Of a DNA stretch of 64,000 nt, positions 24,801 through 39,265 are shown in pieces (within the stretch, counting starts at the first letter, position 1; every line of letters starts with the position of its first letter). This stretch comes from Azolla caroliniana (lineage: Eukaryota > Plantae > Polypodiophyta). A program made the position numbers and the translations under genes. The notes under the pieces were generated by a model. The model had not been told where the DNA came from and ran no database searches. It worked only from the letters and a program-made list of their open reading frames with translations. The DNA is taken from contig JBHGNT010000020.1 of the NCBI GenBank assembly GCA_043228905.1, forward strand, positions 496,001 through 560,000, read 5' to 3'.

Positions 24801-27800
24801 TTTTAAGATGTAATCTCTCATTCAGTTATTTTGGCCTCTTCAAAGATGTTAAGATATTTTTCATTCACCCAATGGAAAGCTTACCATTCTTGTTTGGCTA
24901 TCAATGTTGGCTGGTAGGCGAAGCGAAGCCGAGAAAACAAGAGATTCAAAAACAGTAAGCTGAGGAGAATGGATGTCAGTTTGTTCAACGTAGCCAGAAA
25001 TCCTAGCAAATGTGTGTTGGTTTTTCGGATAGCCAGATATCCATACATCTCCCTCAATATAACCGGTTGTCTTACGCCCGGCAAGAACATCCATGAGAGT
25101 AGTCTTTCCGGCACCACTCACTCCCATTAGGGCAGTGAGAACACCAGGTTTAAAAGATCCAGTTACTCCACTAAGTAGTTGCAATCTCTTGTCTGTCACA
25201 CCCTGTGCTATCATCTCCTGTAGGATAAAGCATGAAATCAAAGTCAAAACTACCACATGAAATTATAGTAGTCTTTTATGCGTACAATTTAAAGTATCGT
25301 CTGACACTTTCTTTTTCGTGTTTTGATAAATTTTGGCACGCTAAATTTATAAGAACGTGTGCCATCAACGGTATTAAAAGGATTCTAAGAGCATCTTAAC
25401 CACTAAACATGCTGCCTTTACTGGGAGAAAAGTGAAGTTTTCTATTTTATTCCATTTAAAAGGATTCTAAGAGCATCATTTTTTGGAATATGAGAATGAT
25501 TCAAAAATATCTAGTATTTTTCTCTCATAATGCTGTCAAAATTTAACCCTGACGCTAGCTAGCTAAGCTGGGTTATTTTGTAAGAGCTTACAACAGGCAT
25601 ATCTACAAAATAGTTGATGTTTGCGAATGATATAGACAATGGTTGAAACTGAAGAGCCATTCCCTGCTTCGGTTTAGCCATCTCAACATCTGCAGCGGAG
25701 ATAAGTTTTTTCTTCCTGTTCATCTCACCTTCCATAGGGTTTATTGTATACTTGCCTGCAACGATTGGAAGAAGTGTCAGATGAGCTCAATTTTTGTTAT
25801 CTTCTTTTTTCCTATAAAATTTAAGAACTACTGAAACAAAACAAAATAAAATAAGAGATAGTTGTATACTCTGTTTTTTGGGTCTGCTTAGCATTGTAGT
25901 GCTTGAAACATCATTGCCTTGCATTTCAGCAAGTGCTTCTTCAGATATTACAGGCTGGCTTTTTTGAAATGCTGAAATGGAAAGTAAAGTAGGATAAGCC
26001 ATGAATCAATATTATTTCCAAAAGATGTGTAAACAATGTATGCACTTACGGTGGAAGTAAGACAATGCTATTGTGAAGAGGAGGTTATAGAGTAAAATGA
26101 ATCCAATCAAGCCACCGACTCCAATCCAGTAGTAGTAAGATTGAGTTGGAAAACCTCTACTTTGAAGCACTTTAACCCCTGTTGATACAGTGCTTTGGAC
26201 TGTAGGGGTATTCTGCATTCAAAGATATATGCCAATCTTTACAAAAAAATGATAATATTACATCGGCTCAAGAAAACATTGACGTGGTATAATATAAAAG
26301 CAAGAAATAAGGAAATATGTATCGATATATAGTACTGAAAATATAGTCTTTTCTATGAGAACAATAAAAAGAAATAGTACGAGTATGCCTAGCCATTCTT
26401 CCTAAAGTATGTATACTAAGAGAGACAATACCCATCTAGGATCAAGAAATTCGTTAACATTATTTGCTGATTCCCCATATGCAAGAGGTGATAAATAGTA
26501 CGCCCATATCCACCATTTTGGAATTCTTGCTGTAAGGAAAACATGTGGTTTTCGAGGATTATAGATATTCAAAAGACAAAGAATCATATTTTAGCCTAGA
26601 TTATACAAACCTCTTGGGATGATAAAACCGGCAAGCACAAATATGAGCAACAATATCAAGGAACCACCAGTGTTTGCTAGGATCATGGTCTGGCACAAAC
26701 CACCAATGAGTCGGAAGAGGGATGAAGACATCAGATGTGTAAGAAAAAGTACTAGATATTGCCGGAAAAACCTGAGAAAGAAAACATTCAAAGGACCTTA
26801 TGCAAACTATCATAACCAGGATCATAAAGCAAGCAAAGGTATGAGAAAATGTGCAATCTACCTGGTAGGTTGAGGAGCGAACCCGATGACATAATATGTT
26901 AAAGAGACCCATAAGAATGATTCTACAACAGATTGCGGTATCCGTAAAATGAAGGTTGGGAGTGTGTAAGCCCATGCTGGATAAAATAACAAATCCCGTT
27001 GTTTGAAGAATACAGGAAGCCGAGCGATAGTCAATGATATCTCGGCAAAACCGTTGAACATGATGATGACCAAAGAAAAAAATAATGCCCCCGAGTAAGA
27101 TGAGCCACCCATTAAATTCAGCTGAAGTGTTGTCCTCAGAAATACAGTCATTGTTATGATTGCCAAAAGAATGAGCTGCAATAAAGAACAAATTCAGTTA
27201 TAATCATCATCCATTTGTGCATCAAACAAAACCACCAACACTTCTGCATTTATGCATGTTTAAGAAAGTCCATGTAATCAACTGTGATAAATAAAATAGT
27301 GGATAAATAAATGAATAAAACAAGATAAGAACTGTAATATGATACAAACTATGTGATTGTGAGTATACCTGTATTCCTTTGAAAATATAAACAAATGAAT
27401 TTCTTTTCATGAGAAGCCATTCGCGAACAAAGCAAGCTTTGAAAATATCTATCTTGCTAACTGCGTATTTACTGAAAACTAAAGCTGCTTGATGGCTTGT
27501 CTCTTTTGGGTAAGGATGGGATAGATCCTCAGCCATCTGGACGCCAACATGGAAACTTTTAAACCTGGAAGAGAAGTCTTTCACTGTAACAAATTGATAA
27601 TGCTTCCCTTTGTCAAACCAGTATTGTTCTTGGTCTTTCTGTGAGGTCACCTATGTACATACACCATTTGACAATTAGTGTCTCTTAGACTTCATCCTAT
27701 CTCTTTTCTCCATAAAGAGATTTCAAACATTATTGAAAATGAACATTTTCTTTTAGAACCTGTGTATGATGTACAGTGGTCATTAATATGTATACAGTAC

Positions 27801-30511
27801 CTCTTGCAAGAAGTCTGCGACACCTTTCCTTTCTGGGCATCTGAAACCGCAGCTTTCAAAGAACTCCAACACATATTCTCTTGGGCCTTGGTACACAATT
27901 TGCCCTTCCGCAAGGAGAATCACGTCATCGAAGAGCTCAAAAGTCTCCGGGGGAGGTTGTAAAAGAGACACTAAAATGGTTCCTTTGAGCACATGCACAA
28001 ACTGCCTGAGACATTTCACCACCTGAAAGGTGGTAGAACTGTCTAACCCTGTTGATATTTCATCCATGAAGAGCGTCTTTGTAGGTCCAACAATCATCTC
28101 CCCTGAATGTATAACAATGCCAAACAGTTATTAAATTTGCATATATAAATCATAATAATATAGCAACAAAGATGAAAGTGACAACCACATCCAAATCAAT
28201 GAACAGGATTATGGAATAGTGGAAACAAATTTAAGTCTACCATCTTATATAAGAAAATATGATTCCTATAAGAACCTGTTGTCACTCTCTTCTTTTGCCC
28301 TCCAGATATGCCTCTTCGCAATGGATCCCCTACAATCGTATCTGCGCATATGTCCAGGCCAAGGATCTGTACAATCTCAGTCAGACGACACATATATATT
28401 GCTTTAAAGATTTAATCATCAAGATTCCTATCTCACTTTCAATGTATAATCTGTCTGAAGGCCACTCCAAACCCCCTTCAAAGACGTTGCCTGTCCACAA
28501 TCAACACTCGGGGGTATTATGTCTTTTTCATTTATATTCTCATTCAATCACATGGTTTCAAAGCTTAATTTTGGTTACAAGATGAGTCTAGAACTTGTTG
28601 TTACCTTCATAAAGGCATCGATTTCTGCATCTGGAAAAATGCCAGCCTGCTTTTCTCTTCTTGCAAGCTCCACAAGCAACTCTGTGAGATGAATATGAAC
28701 CATATGTGCTTAGATTATCTCATATGCCAAATCATTTTCAGCTTTGAGTATCTCTTCTTTGTAAACTCCAGTCTTCTTATTCTTTATTTTGAAACTGCAT
28801 GAGTACATCATAAAAGATGCAATCCGGTGCATATTATTCAAAAGACAGATTTTGACGTACCATGTTTTGTTCCAACCCCCTGACACTGAGCAGAGAAATC
28901 CAGTGTTTCTCTCACGGTCAATTCTCCGATGTGCAGATCATATTGACTGATGTATGCCGATGTTTTCTGAGGAACAAACTCATGCAAAGCATGCCCATTG
29001 TATGTGACATATCCTTTCATCTATATGATCAAGAAGAAGAAATTGTTATAAGAAAATGATACCTAGATCGACCCACCATGAAATATAACAAAAAAACATA
29101 GAAAAGCAAGTACACAGGAAGCAAAAAAGAAAACTTAATAACTTACTTTCAAAGAAGGATTCAATTTCCCTGCCAGAGCAAGGAGAAGGCTTGTTTTGCC
29201 CGATCCAGGTGGACCAAGTAGAAGAGTCAGTCTGAAAAATATGATGATAGCATGAAAATCTCAACCACAAATAAAACCATGTTAACAAAAACAAAAGTGT
29301 TTCTTGACGATATACGATACATCAATATATATACATCGTTGAATCACCTGCCAGGTTTGATGATTCCACTAATGCCTCTCAAAATGTTAAGATTTGCTTT
29401 TCTGACCTTAGATAAGTGAAGCATACCCAGCAAGCTCTGATTTGCAAAGAGAATTTGTCATTCAGTACAAATACCCAGTACACTAAAACAAAGGAAAAAA
29501 GGGTCATTTAGTGATAATTATTCTAAAACTAAATGAAAAGATGTCAGTTCACCTCCACAAAGTTGTATATTGTATTCCAGAGTGTGGGTAGTGCACTCCT
29601 CCCCACACGACATTTGGCATTTATGGATAAATCCTCAAATCGAACTTCGACTGTAGGTAACTCTATGCCCACTCTGCACAACACACACACACACACACAC
29701 ACACAATCAACAAAAAAAAGCATGTGACACTTGATGCTCCAGTTTGTTGTGGACAAATGTAAAAAAGACATTGTTGTAGAGTGCAGGTAAAAAAAGAGAC
29801 ATAAAAACAGTTGGTAGAGAACACAAAAAACAGAGCAAGACTGAAGATCTGGAGTCTAATAGTGTGTTCAGGGTTGTTCCAACACTTGGGTCTTGATGAT
29901 GTCTCAAGGTATAAGTAACCTTACCTTAAAGTAGGGAAATTGTTGAATGATTCGGAAAACTACGTCATTCCCAGGTGTATACCATAAATCAAATAAACAA
30001 ATGTGTGCAATTGTGTGTTTTGAACAGAAAAAACAATATATCTAATCTATATCTATATCTATATGTATGTATGCATGCATGCATGCATGTATGTATGTAT
30101 GTATGTAGAGAGAGAGATATACTTGTCAATTCTGTTTCGTAGCCTGGTCAAGAATTTCTCATTATCATCCTCAGTGATCTTCAGGAGCTTATCAATGAGC
30201 AATTTCCGTTGGACGATATTGAGCTCCCTCACATCAACCTTCCTGGTGATGATTTTGCCCTCTTCAGTGTCTGTAAGGATGGCTGCCCGGAGCCGATCAT
30301 AGGTCGGAAGTTTCTCCAATGCCGCCCATTTTAGCGATTCCTCATCACATAATTCGTTCCGATCGCTCCTCGAATGGGCCGAGCGTGTGAACACATCATC
30401 CGGCTCTCGGGATGCATTAGACCAGCTTCTTATGCTATTTTGCCTTCTCAGACTATATCTAAGTTGTGCACCCCATATGTCTGCATTCTCTAGCTCCACA
30501 GATTGTGCCAT
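21819..30511 (-). CDS. Full-size ABCG (PDR-type) ABC transporter, ~23 exons
   Basis: N-term [16 protein letters not shown]; NBD1 [32 protein letters not shown]; TMD1; [10 protein letters not shown]; NBD2 [46 protein letters not shown]; TMD2; C-term LNFQRR. GT-AG introns checked for several exons (e.g. 30511-30123, 29673-29553, 25755-25592, 22104-21819). Orthologue number not assignable by eye. Confidence 0.95.
22360..22960. repeat. Nested tandem duplications in the last ABCG intron
   Basis: GAATCTAGCTAAAA..ATGTGATGGG at ~22369, 22417 and 22722; CACTATATCTA(T/C)CATTATACTT..CCCTTGAACAGTA twice. Confidence 0.75.
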
Positions 30512-30582
30512 ATTGATGTTGTTGTCTATATATGAATGTATATACTGGAGAAATATTCACAGAGGAGAAGATATATCTACAT

Positions 30583-30583
30583 A

Positions 30584-30672
<89 letters not shown>

Positions 30673-30674
30673 GC

Positions 30675-30716
<42 letters not shown>

Positions 30717-30735
30717 GTCTGTCTGCCTATCTGTA
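30583..30735. repeat. Compound (TATC)n/(TGTC)n microsatellite just upstream of the ABCG start codon
   Basis: Directly visible. Confidence 0.95.
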
Positions 30736-31109
30736 TGTATATATGTATACATATATATATCAAGTTCAGTTCTTTTTGTTCTGGAAGTAGTGAATACTTA
30801 GATAATGGAAGCTCATATGCATGTGTATATGATATAATTCATGAAATAGCTCATTTCTTTGCATATCATGCATCCACTTAACACTAGAAGGCACAGAACT
30901 AGTCCTGATGGGTGGTATAGTATATACATATATAAATGATGTATTGATTGGGAGGATGTTAGCTACTATGCTACTGTCATTTGATCAAACATGGATGCAT
31001 CATTCATACATCAAAATCCATTGATGTTTGCTAGTAATACTGAGATGATGGCAATCTTGTGATGAATGGAAACTGCCCATTTTGAAGAACATAAATCAAG
31101 GGAAAGAAA

Positions 31110-31540
31110 CAGGGGATCATGGTTTTTAAAGCTATAAACACACACCCACAGATGCACATATATATATGTACATACACACAACTATAACAGCCTTCCATGC
31201 TACTAACTAACTAACTAACTAACTAACACTTAGAATTTTCCTGTGTGTTAAAAGTGTTTTTTCTTCTCTTAACCATATCCACTCAACCCAAATGGGTATC
31301 TTATTAACTAACATACACACCCACAGGGGATCATGGCTGTTAAAGCTATATGCATATCATATATGTATATATGTATATATACATACATAAATACATAGAC
31401 AACTATAACAGCCTTCCATGCTACTAACTAACTAACTACACTTAGAATTTTCCTTGTGTGTTAAAAAGTGTTTTTTTTCCCTTGTTAACCATATCCACTC
31501 AACCCAAATGGGTATCTTATTAACACACACACACACACAA
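31110..31540. repeat. ~215-bp tandem duplication upstream of ABCG
   Basis: CAGGGGATCATGG...ACAACTATAACAGCCTTCCATGCTACTAACTAAC...CCACTCAACCCAAATGGGTATCTTATTAAC present twice. Confidence 0.9.
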
Positions 31541-34500
31541 TGTCTATAGACTATGGCCATGACTTGAGAGAACATGGGGCCATGGCATTGCATTACAGCA
31601 GGCAGGCAACGATCCTTCTATCAAGGGATTGTATTTTCATGTCTCCAACGATCCTTCTATCAAGGGATTGTATTTTCATGTCTCCTGGATGCATGAATGT
31701 CGAGTTGTGTGTGTATGCATGGTGTTCAAGTCTTTGTGACGAGGACCTGTCTTCATCCCCGAACCAACATGATCTCTCGTATGTGTTTAAGTTTTGTCCA
31801 CAAGCCTAGGTGACACTCCCCCCCCCCCCCCCCCCAATGTTCTGTGAGATCGGAGCCTAAGGATCACATGGAAACGAATTTCTTGTGGAGTTTGTATGTG
31901 TGATTCATCACTCTCGAAATAATAGATAAAGGGCAAAACGTTTATCCATTATATGCTCAATATTGTTGTCATGGTTGGTGTACCCTATGTTTGTAGTGTT
32001 CTTATGAACCCTCATGAGAAAAAAGCATGATGCCTTTTGTTCTCTTCTTTAAGAGGAATATTATGGATAAAGTGGGTTTTTTTACCTAAGACCACACTTT
32101 GACAAAGCAAAAGAAGTGAAAGATGCATTCGAGAACTAAACAAGTAGGATATGAGGCAAAGGCTTAGGCTTAGGCTAGAACAATATATATACATATACAT
32201 ATTTAGACAAAGAGCATTTGAAAATAAAAAGAACAACAAATAAAAGGAAGATCTCAAAGTGAGAGAATAAGAGGAACCTATGTAGTCTATATAACCAGGA
32301 GTTCATTGGGGTAGTTATAATACTTTTATTTTACTCCTTATATTTCTACCATTGGACAACACAATGTTATAACTTATACTTGTGCTTCTAAATGGTGGTT
32401 GGTATCTTTTGGATGTCCTTGTATTCTCCTACATACGAGTGCATGTCCCACACACGCACATGCATCCATGGTGTACATTTGTTTTGGTGAATACATTCAG
32501 AAAGGTAGGTTTCAACACGTGAATATTTCATTTAGGAACTATGAGATGGGCAATGGCAAACTTAATGTGCTGGTTCGGTCATGTCAAACATACATACATA
32601 CCATGTGTGAGAATTTGAAGTGTTGCAAAAGTTTGATGTTATCGGACAAACTGCTTTATGTGAGGAAAATACAAAACACATCAAGATAGGTAGGCTCCGA
32701 CATGCAAACTTTTTCATTTAGGAACTATGGCATGGGAAATGGCAAACTTGATGTGTTGGTTTGGCCGTGTTAAAGTTACATACCATGTATGAGCAATTTA
32801 TTGTTGTAGAAGTTTGATATTATCGGACAACTTGCTTTATACAAGTAAAGTACGTTGGAGATTAGGGTAAAAGCAAACCGCCTCATATTGACAAGGACAT
32901 TTTGTAGGACAAAAACCCTTGAAAACTACATATGGCTAAAATATTAGCTCCAATGGATGGAGCTTGCAAACATATTTTTTGTCACATAATAAGCCTTACG
33001 TATAACTTGCTCTATATTTTGCACACAAGCATGCAACATTCGCTAAACATTTCCCCTTACTAATCAATGTTTCTTTACTAATGGTTTCGTGTTTGTTCTA
33101 ACCAAGTTACAACAAAACTAGTTCCATGAAGTTAATTGACATTCCTTGACTCTTAAAGTATGTCCTATCACTTTATTTTGATGCTCACTTAAATTCCTTC
33201 AAACTTAATTATAATACCGCAAATGATCAAAACAACACATAATTGGACAAAAACATGATACTAAAAGGGAGCATTATATTTCAAACAAAAAGATGGTGAT
33301 GGACCATGGTGATGATAAATGAAGGATTTCTTTGTGATATGCATGTTGCATAATTTATTTAAAATATGTTCAGATGTTGACCGAAAATAAAGAAAAACCG
33401 AATAACATTGTTTGAGAAATGTTGTGATTCGTGTGGTCAAGATAAAGCCCAATCTAGAATTGGCTAATGTGTTGTCAATTAGTGTGTTGACTAGTAAATG
33501 TGCCACAAATAATTTGTTTATATCCATGGGAATCGAAAAGAGATGATGATTATGCGATTATAGACCATAACACAAGCGTGTACAAATGAAGTGCCATTAC
33601 TTTAAACAAATTATGAATAAATTGTTATTGATATATTTGTGAACCATCGCCATGCTACTAGCGTTTTCTCGGGGTGTCTCACTCCATCTCTATATGGTAC
33701 ATGTTGATATGACATGTGTTTGCATGCATGTGGGTGCACGATTCAATTTCATTTTCATGCAATCAATGGTAATAAAGTGTGCCGTGATTTAGTATATATT
33801 CTTTGAAAGAGAATCTTTAGTCACACAATTATTATAGAAGAAAATGTGGTCATTGTTCTTTTGTCTTACTTCCATGCAACTTAGCAAAGCCATTACGGAG
33901 CTTGTGTGGTCACATAAAATGGACAATGCATTCAAGATAACTTCTAAACTAGAATTAACATATTTCTATATCATACATCGTTTCTTGGCAAGCATTCCAC
34001 TTTTTCGCAAAATCTCATAATCAAGGCATTAATATCCATACAAGAAGTGATAGAAATCATTACAACAAGCAATCTAATGTAATTTGTGTTGCAATCTAAT
34101 TGAGGGCTCTCCAATTAAATAGTTTGATTAAATGTGTGCGTGAGTGGAAAAAATCTATGTATGAACATTTCATGATCTATCATATTTGTAAATGCATTCA
34201 CACCACATTCACGTTCCAAGCACTCACCTCTATATTTATAATAAGCCATACTTCGTCATTCAAGAGAACACAAACTTTCTAACTTTATAGGAACAACCCA
34301 ATAACTCTTTGGATTCTATGGACACAACGGTGTAGACATGTCTTCTCCAACCAAACCATTCATCAAGTAATGTTAATGCAAGAGATATGGAGTGAAGTTG
34401 TAGCCATTCTAAAGAGCCAATACAATGACCTCACGGGCAGATCTGTTGGAGTTGAAAGACAACGATTAGTGTTCATCCAACAATGGTCGTCCTCTCCCTT

Positions 34501-36489
34501 TCTTGAGTCAATGGGCATCCACATAATATGTAACTATCGCGTCCCTACAAGGATTTGTATATAACACTCTCATATGTTAAATTGTATAGGAACAACCCAT
34601 CAAAGTTCATGTCATATGTTAAATTTTGGAAAAACAACTTTATAGGAACAACCCGTCAAAGTTCATCTCTATCAAAGATGTCTAAACCACACATGTAATT
34701 TGATATACTTTATATTGATTGCATATAATCGAAAGCTTCTTGATCAATTACATTTTGTAAATGCCTTCGCCAATTCATACTCCACGCGTTCATCTCTATT
34801 TAGGTAAAAACCACACCTTGTCATCCATGAGAGAAGAAACAAATGTTAGCACAACCTATCAAACTTTCTAGAAACAACACATTTTAAGTTAATCTTCATT
34901 CAAGACCACAAAGTCTTCAACATCCCTCAATTTGGTTAATATTATCAATGCAACAATATTGCTCATTGATGTTGATAAATGTGACTGCCCTTCGACCTTG
35001 ATTGAAGGTCACCAAACCATCAACAACTCCGTCAATTTTAACTACTTAATAATATTGCACAATCATGATGTTAGTAATCTAAAACATGATTAAGGGATGC
35101 TTAGAATAAGAAATTACACAAACGACAATTGTTCAAGCATTAAGCATTGAAGAGTTTCACGCTTACAAATTGCCATAGCAAGATGATGTCACAAGTCCTT
35201 TCATCATGTAGTGCATTTATATACATGTAGAGCACATGTTTTACAAGGCAAAGTAGAGAAAATAAATAATCATACCCAACAAGGAACACAATTTCTTCCA
35301 AACGTGTGGTAAACAAAGAGAAGGGCAATGGGTCAAATGAAGGCAACGTGAATGGATGGATAGGATAATTGACATTTTGCTCACATCAAGTGTCGGGCCC
35401 CTAAGAAGATAAGAACGTTGCATGCTAAAAGAAGACCTACTATTTTATTTGCATGAGGAGCTCTAGAAGCTTATAAAAAGGACAAGAGAGCTCATTGTTG
35501 TTGGATCAAAATTTGGAGACAAGGAAAAAGTACCATTGAAACCTAAACGAACATAATATTGCGAACAAAGAGCCCGTGTTCAAGACCGACGACAACAAAA
35601 AGCAATGAAGTTGTCACGTGTGTGTCCTCTAAGGCGAAATTCGAGGATCTCCTCCTAAAGCTTCTTCCTTATCATCTACTCTTCTATCTTATTTAATTAT
35701 TTCCATAAAAGTCACTTCATCCAAAAGGGTTAAGAGTCATCTCATTGTATATGGTTTGGTCAAGAACTTTTATATAGTATGTTCTTTGACATCTTTACAT
35801 AGACTATTGAACAAGGATTTCACTAGAATTTTTGGCTCTAAAATCCAAGATGAGGTTGTAATGTTTCACAAAATTTTGTCCAAAAGAGATATTAAGGAAA
35901 CTTGGCTGAAGGGCTCACCATCAAAATTCAAAGAGGTTGTCACAAGGTGTTGGACTAAAAGTCCCACTCCACCCAATTTGTATTCCTAGTGTGAACACAC
36001 TGTCTTAGTTAGGGCTTAGTTACCCTAACTATAAAAGTGTGTAAATGAGTTCTGGCGGGATTTATAATATGATTGTCTCTTAAGCTCTAACAATGTAATT
36101 GTTATCTTCTTTCTCTTTGTCTCTCTCTCTACATACTCTTCATCAAAGATTGAACAATGCACTATCACATCCTCACTTGTTATCTGTTTGCTTGATTCAC
36201 ACCAAAGATCCTAGTTGCTATTTGTTGAGAATCAAGCTCAACCTACTGCAACGTGTGAACACACCATTTGAGAATCTATGAGCACTCAAAGGTCAAGAGT
36301 CACATCACTCTCTACACATTAACTATGTGTCATAGCATCATATTCTAAGACACATAACTAATGAGTTCCATATCCCCATGACTAATGAGTCTTCACATTC
36401 CTCAAGGTTCTAGAGAGAGAGTGGACATTGTATTGAGTTAATGAAGAGAGAGGGTGACCTTATATAAAGCACCATCCTCCTTCTTGTTG

Positions 36490-36834
36490 CAGTTCTCGGT
36501 GAGGGACGCATGATCGCTCACCTCCGTTCGTGTTCAATTCTCGGTGAGGGCCACATGGTCGCTCACGTCCGTTTGTGTTCTAGTTCTCGATCAAGGCCGC
36601 ATGGTCGCTCATGCCCGTTCGTGTTCAGTTCTTGGTGAGGGTCGCATGGTCGCTCATGCCCATTTGTGTTTTCGATGAGGACCGCACATGGTCGCTCACG
36701 TTCCAGTTCCCGATGAGGGCCACGCATCGTCGCTCACGTCCGTTCGTGTTCTAGGTCTCGGTGAGGGTTGCATGGTCTCTCACGCCCGTTTGTGTTCAGT
36801 TCTTGATGAGGGCCACATGGTCGCTCACGCCCAT
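36490..36834. repeat. ~44-bp tandem array (GTTCTCGGTGAGGGCCACATGGTCGCTCACGCCCGTTCGTGTTCA), probably LTR-internal; resumes at 41573-41745
   Basis: About 8 degenerate units before the 36835-41572 insertion and about 3 after it. Confidence 0.8.
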
Positions 36835-36892
36835 TGTCGTGAAGGATTTGCTTCACGTATAAAAATAAACTTCAATATTGTATTAAGTAACA

Positions 36893-36960
36893 TTTGAGAG
36901 ACTTGAACCCATACCCTCACACACCAAGGACAAAGAATATACCATTAGGATAAGTTACTT
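36893..36960 (-). pseudogene. Degenerate tRNA-like cassette in LTR 36835-37608
   Basis: Minus strand TATCCTAATGGTA ... GGGTTCAAGTCTC with tRNA-like spacing; same position relative to TATA as in the related LTR 2981-4064. Confidence 0.5.
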
Positions 36961-37654
36961 TCTATAGTTATATTTTTATCATCATACTTATGACATGTGT
37001 ATCTTCATACATTAGAGCTTAGATGAGCATGATGGCTATCATGCATCACATGTAAAGCATGTGCGCCAAATGGCGATCATGCATCACATGCACCACCATA
37101 TCATCATATGCATGAGAGAACCTATAAAGAGAGGCAAGGAATTAAGGGATGAATCAAAGGGGAAAACAGGTTAATCAATCAATGAAGAGAAAGTTAGAGA
37201 AATAAGATAATCAAAGAAACAAATAATAAGTTAGCTTGTTAGTGAAGAGGCTTGTGTTTTCAAGTTGGAGTCAAGGGTTCAAATCAAGAGTTGGTAGAGA
37301 AAGGGTTCATCTTGCTATCAAGCATTGTAAAGTTGGTAAAATCTTGTATTCGTAATATACATCATGTTCATATCATATATTTTAATTCCTTAAATCATAC
37401 TTTGTCTCTATCTTGCTTCTTGAATCATACATTGTCTCTATCCTTTATCTATACTAGTCTCTCTCTCACACACATTGCTTTAAACTCTTATTCTTTTTAT
37501 CCTTAATCTTCCTAACATTTGTGTGCAAGCCTTATAAAAGTTCCTTCAACTGGACCCCTTAACCTTAGTCCCTGTGACTTCGCTGCACGAACCACAACTA
37601 CCTCGACACATTTGGTGAACCCGACGTGAAAGCGGCGACAAGGAGAAATGGAGG

Positions 37655-38676
37655 AGCACAACGGATACTCCGGTATTTGAAGGGCACTTCAAATATGTGT
37701 CTCCGATTCGGCTCCGGAAAACCTCAACTGGACGGTTTCACCGATTTGGACATGTCGGCTGATGTGGATACTAGCCGGTCTACATCCGGGTATGTAATGA
37801 CATATGCAGGGGGAGCTGTTTCATGGCAGTCAAGGCTGCAGAAGACGGTTGCATTGTCAACCACGGAGGCGGAGTACATGGCAGCTGTGAAAGCCGGCAA
37901 GGAAATTTTATGGATGAAGGACTTCATCGGAGAGCTCGGTATCCGGCAAGAGGAATATCGACTCTATTGCGACAGTCAAAGTGCCATCCACCTTGCTAAG
38001 AATGCGGCCTACCATTCCCGGACGAAGCATATCCAACGGAGGTATCACTGGATCCGGGAAAGAGTAGATGACCAGGAGTTCGGACTGACGAAAATCCACA
38101 CGGCCGAGAACGGGTCAGATATGCTGACCAAAGTGCTGACACCCGACAAGCTGGACGCATGCCGGAAGAGGATCAGACTGGTAAGACACCCCATGCCGGA
38201 GTGAAGGGGGAGTTTGTTGGGAAATAGGTCCCTCCGGATGGGAAGGGAGAAGCACAGTGCCGATGAACAAACTCGGTCGAGGCCGATAGGACGAGGCCGA
38301 AACCGGATGAGGAGCACCCGGCTACGGAGAGCCGGATGGTGCAGGCCCGGTATGAACCGGATGAGGAGCACCCGGCTACAGAGAGCCGGATGGTGCAGGC
38401 CCGGTATGAACCGGATGAGGAGTACCCGGTTACGGAGAGCCGGATGGTGCAGGCCCGATGTGAACCGGATGAGGAGTACCCGGCTACGGAGAGCCGGATG
38501 GTGCAGAACCGGTGAGAACTGGAGGAAGAGACATATTCGTAAATATGTTTCTGAGAGCCCATCGAGGCTATATTTGTAAATAGCCGAAAAGTCATATTAG
38601 TATAAATATGACTTAGGGCAAACTTTTAGTTGTTGTTGTCATTTTCTATTTTGCACGAGATTAGTGTGCGTAACTG

Positions 38677-38741
<65 letters not shown>

Positions 38742-39013
38742 GTCGTTGCCTCTGTTGTAACCACCGCCTGTGGCGAAGATTTGTGAGCACGAGGTCGGTG
38801 CCTCAGTGAACTCACTGTTGTATATTCCTACATAGTGACAGTTTGCAGCTTGTGGGTTGCCGTGGTTTTTTCCCCTAGTTTGGGGTTTTTCCACGTAAAC
38901 CTCCTGTGTATTCTCTCCTTCTTTGTGTCGCGTTTTATTTCCCGTTTTCTGTGTATCATTCTAAGCTCGGTTGTGGCCGAGCGTTGCGCATAAGGAACGT
39001 TGGGTTCCCGTCA
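37655..39013 (+). mobile_element. 3' fragment of a copia A-family element (RNaseH + PPT + LTR ~38216-39013)
   Basis: RILRYLKGTSNMCLRFG..SWQSRLQKTVALSTTEAEY, nearly identical to 4786-5200. PPT GAAGGGGGAG. LTR TGTTGG...CCGTCA with ~58-bp internal repeats and (GA)n. Confidence 0.9.
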
Positions 39014-39265
39014 AGATATGTAATGAGAGCTAAAGACTGGTGTTGATTCGAATTGATTTGAGAATACATGTATGCCCTTATTTATAGGTTCCTATAGAAT
39101 AGCTTAGGGATTTCTAGAATGTTCTAGAATGTTCTAGACTTAGAATGCTCTAGCTTATTGTTCATATAACAATAAGCTATCTTAATGGTTGAGGTTTTCA
39201 AGTATGGATTACAAGGTTTGAGGTTCAAGTCCGGGTGACGCCATAATGGTCATGTGTTCATGACA
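39014..39265 (-). mobile_element. Partial LTR (same family as 42113-42583) carrying a tRNA-like cassette at 39171-39243 on +
   Basis: Ends CATGACA; TTCTAGAA repeats; TATA on - at ~39079-39086; GCTATCTTAATGGTT ... GGTTCAAGTCCGGGTGACGCCA. Confidence 0.7.

Noticed and set aside
30387-30881. ORFs rich in YLSI/SVCL
   Set aside because: Translations of the microsatellite; the ORFs at 3143-3579 and 20318-20563 are similar artefacts.
32900-36480. Old retroelement remnants upstream of ABCG
   Set aside because: Probably TE-derived but too decayed to give boundaries or domains by eye.
36490-36834. Regular 44-bp repeats as a CRISPR-like array
   Set aside because: Head-to-tail degenerate units with no unique spacers, no cas genes, eukaryotic TE context. 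The same applies to 368-510, 4380-4570 and 38300-38520.
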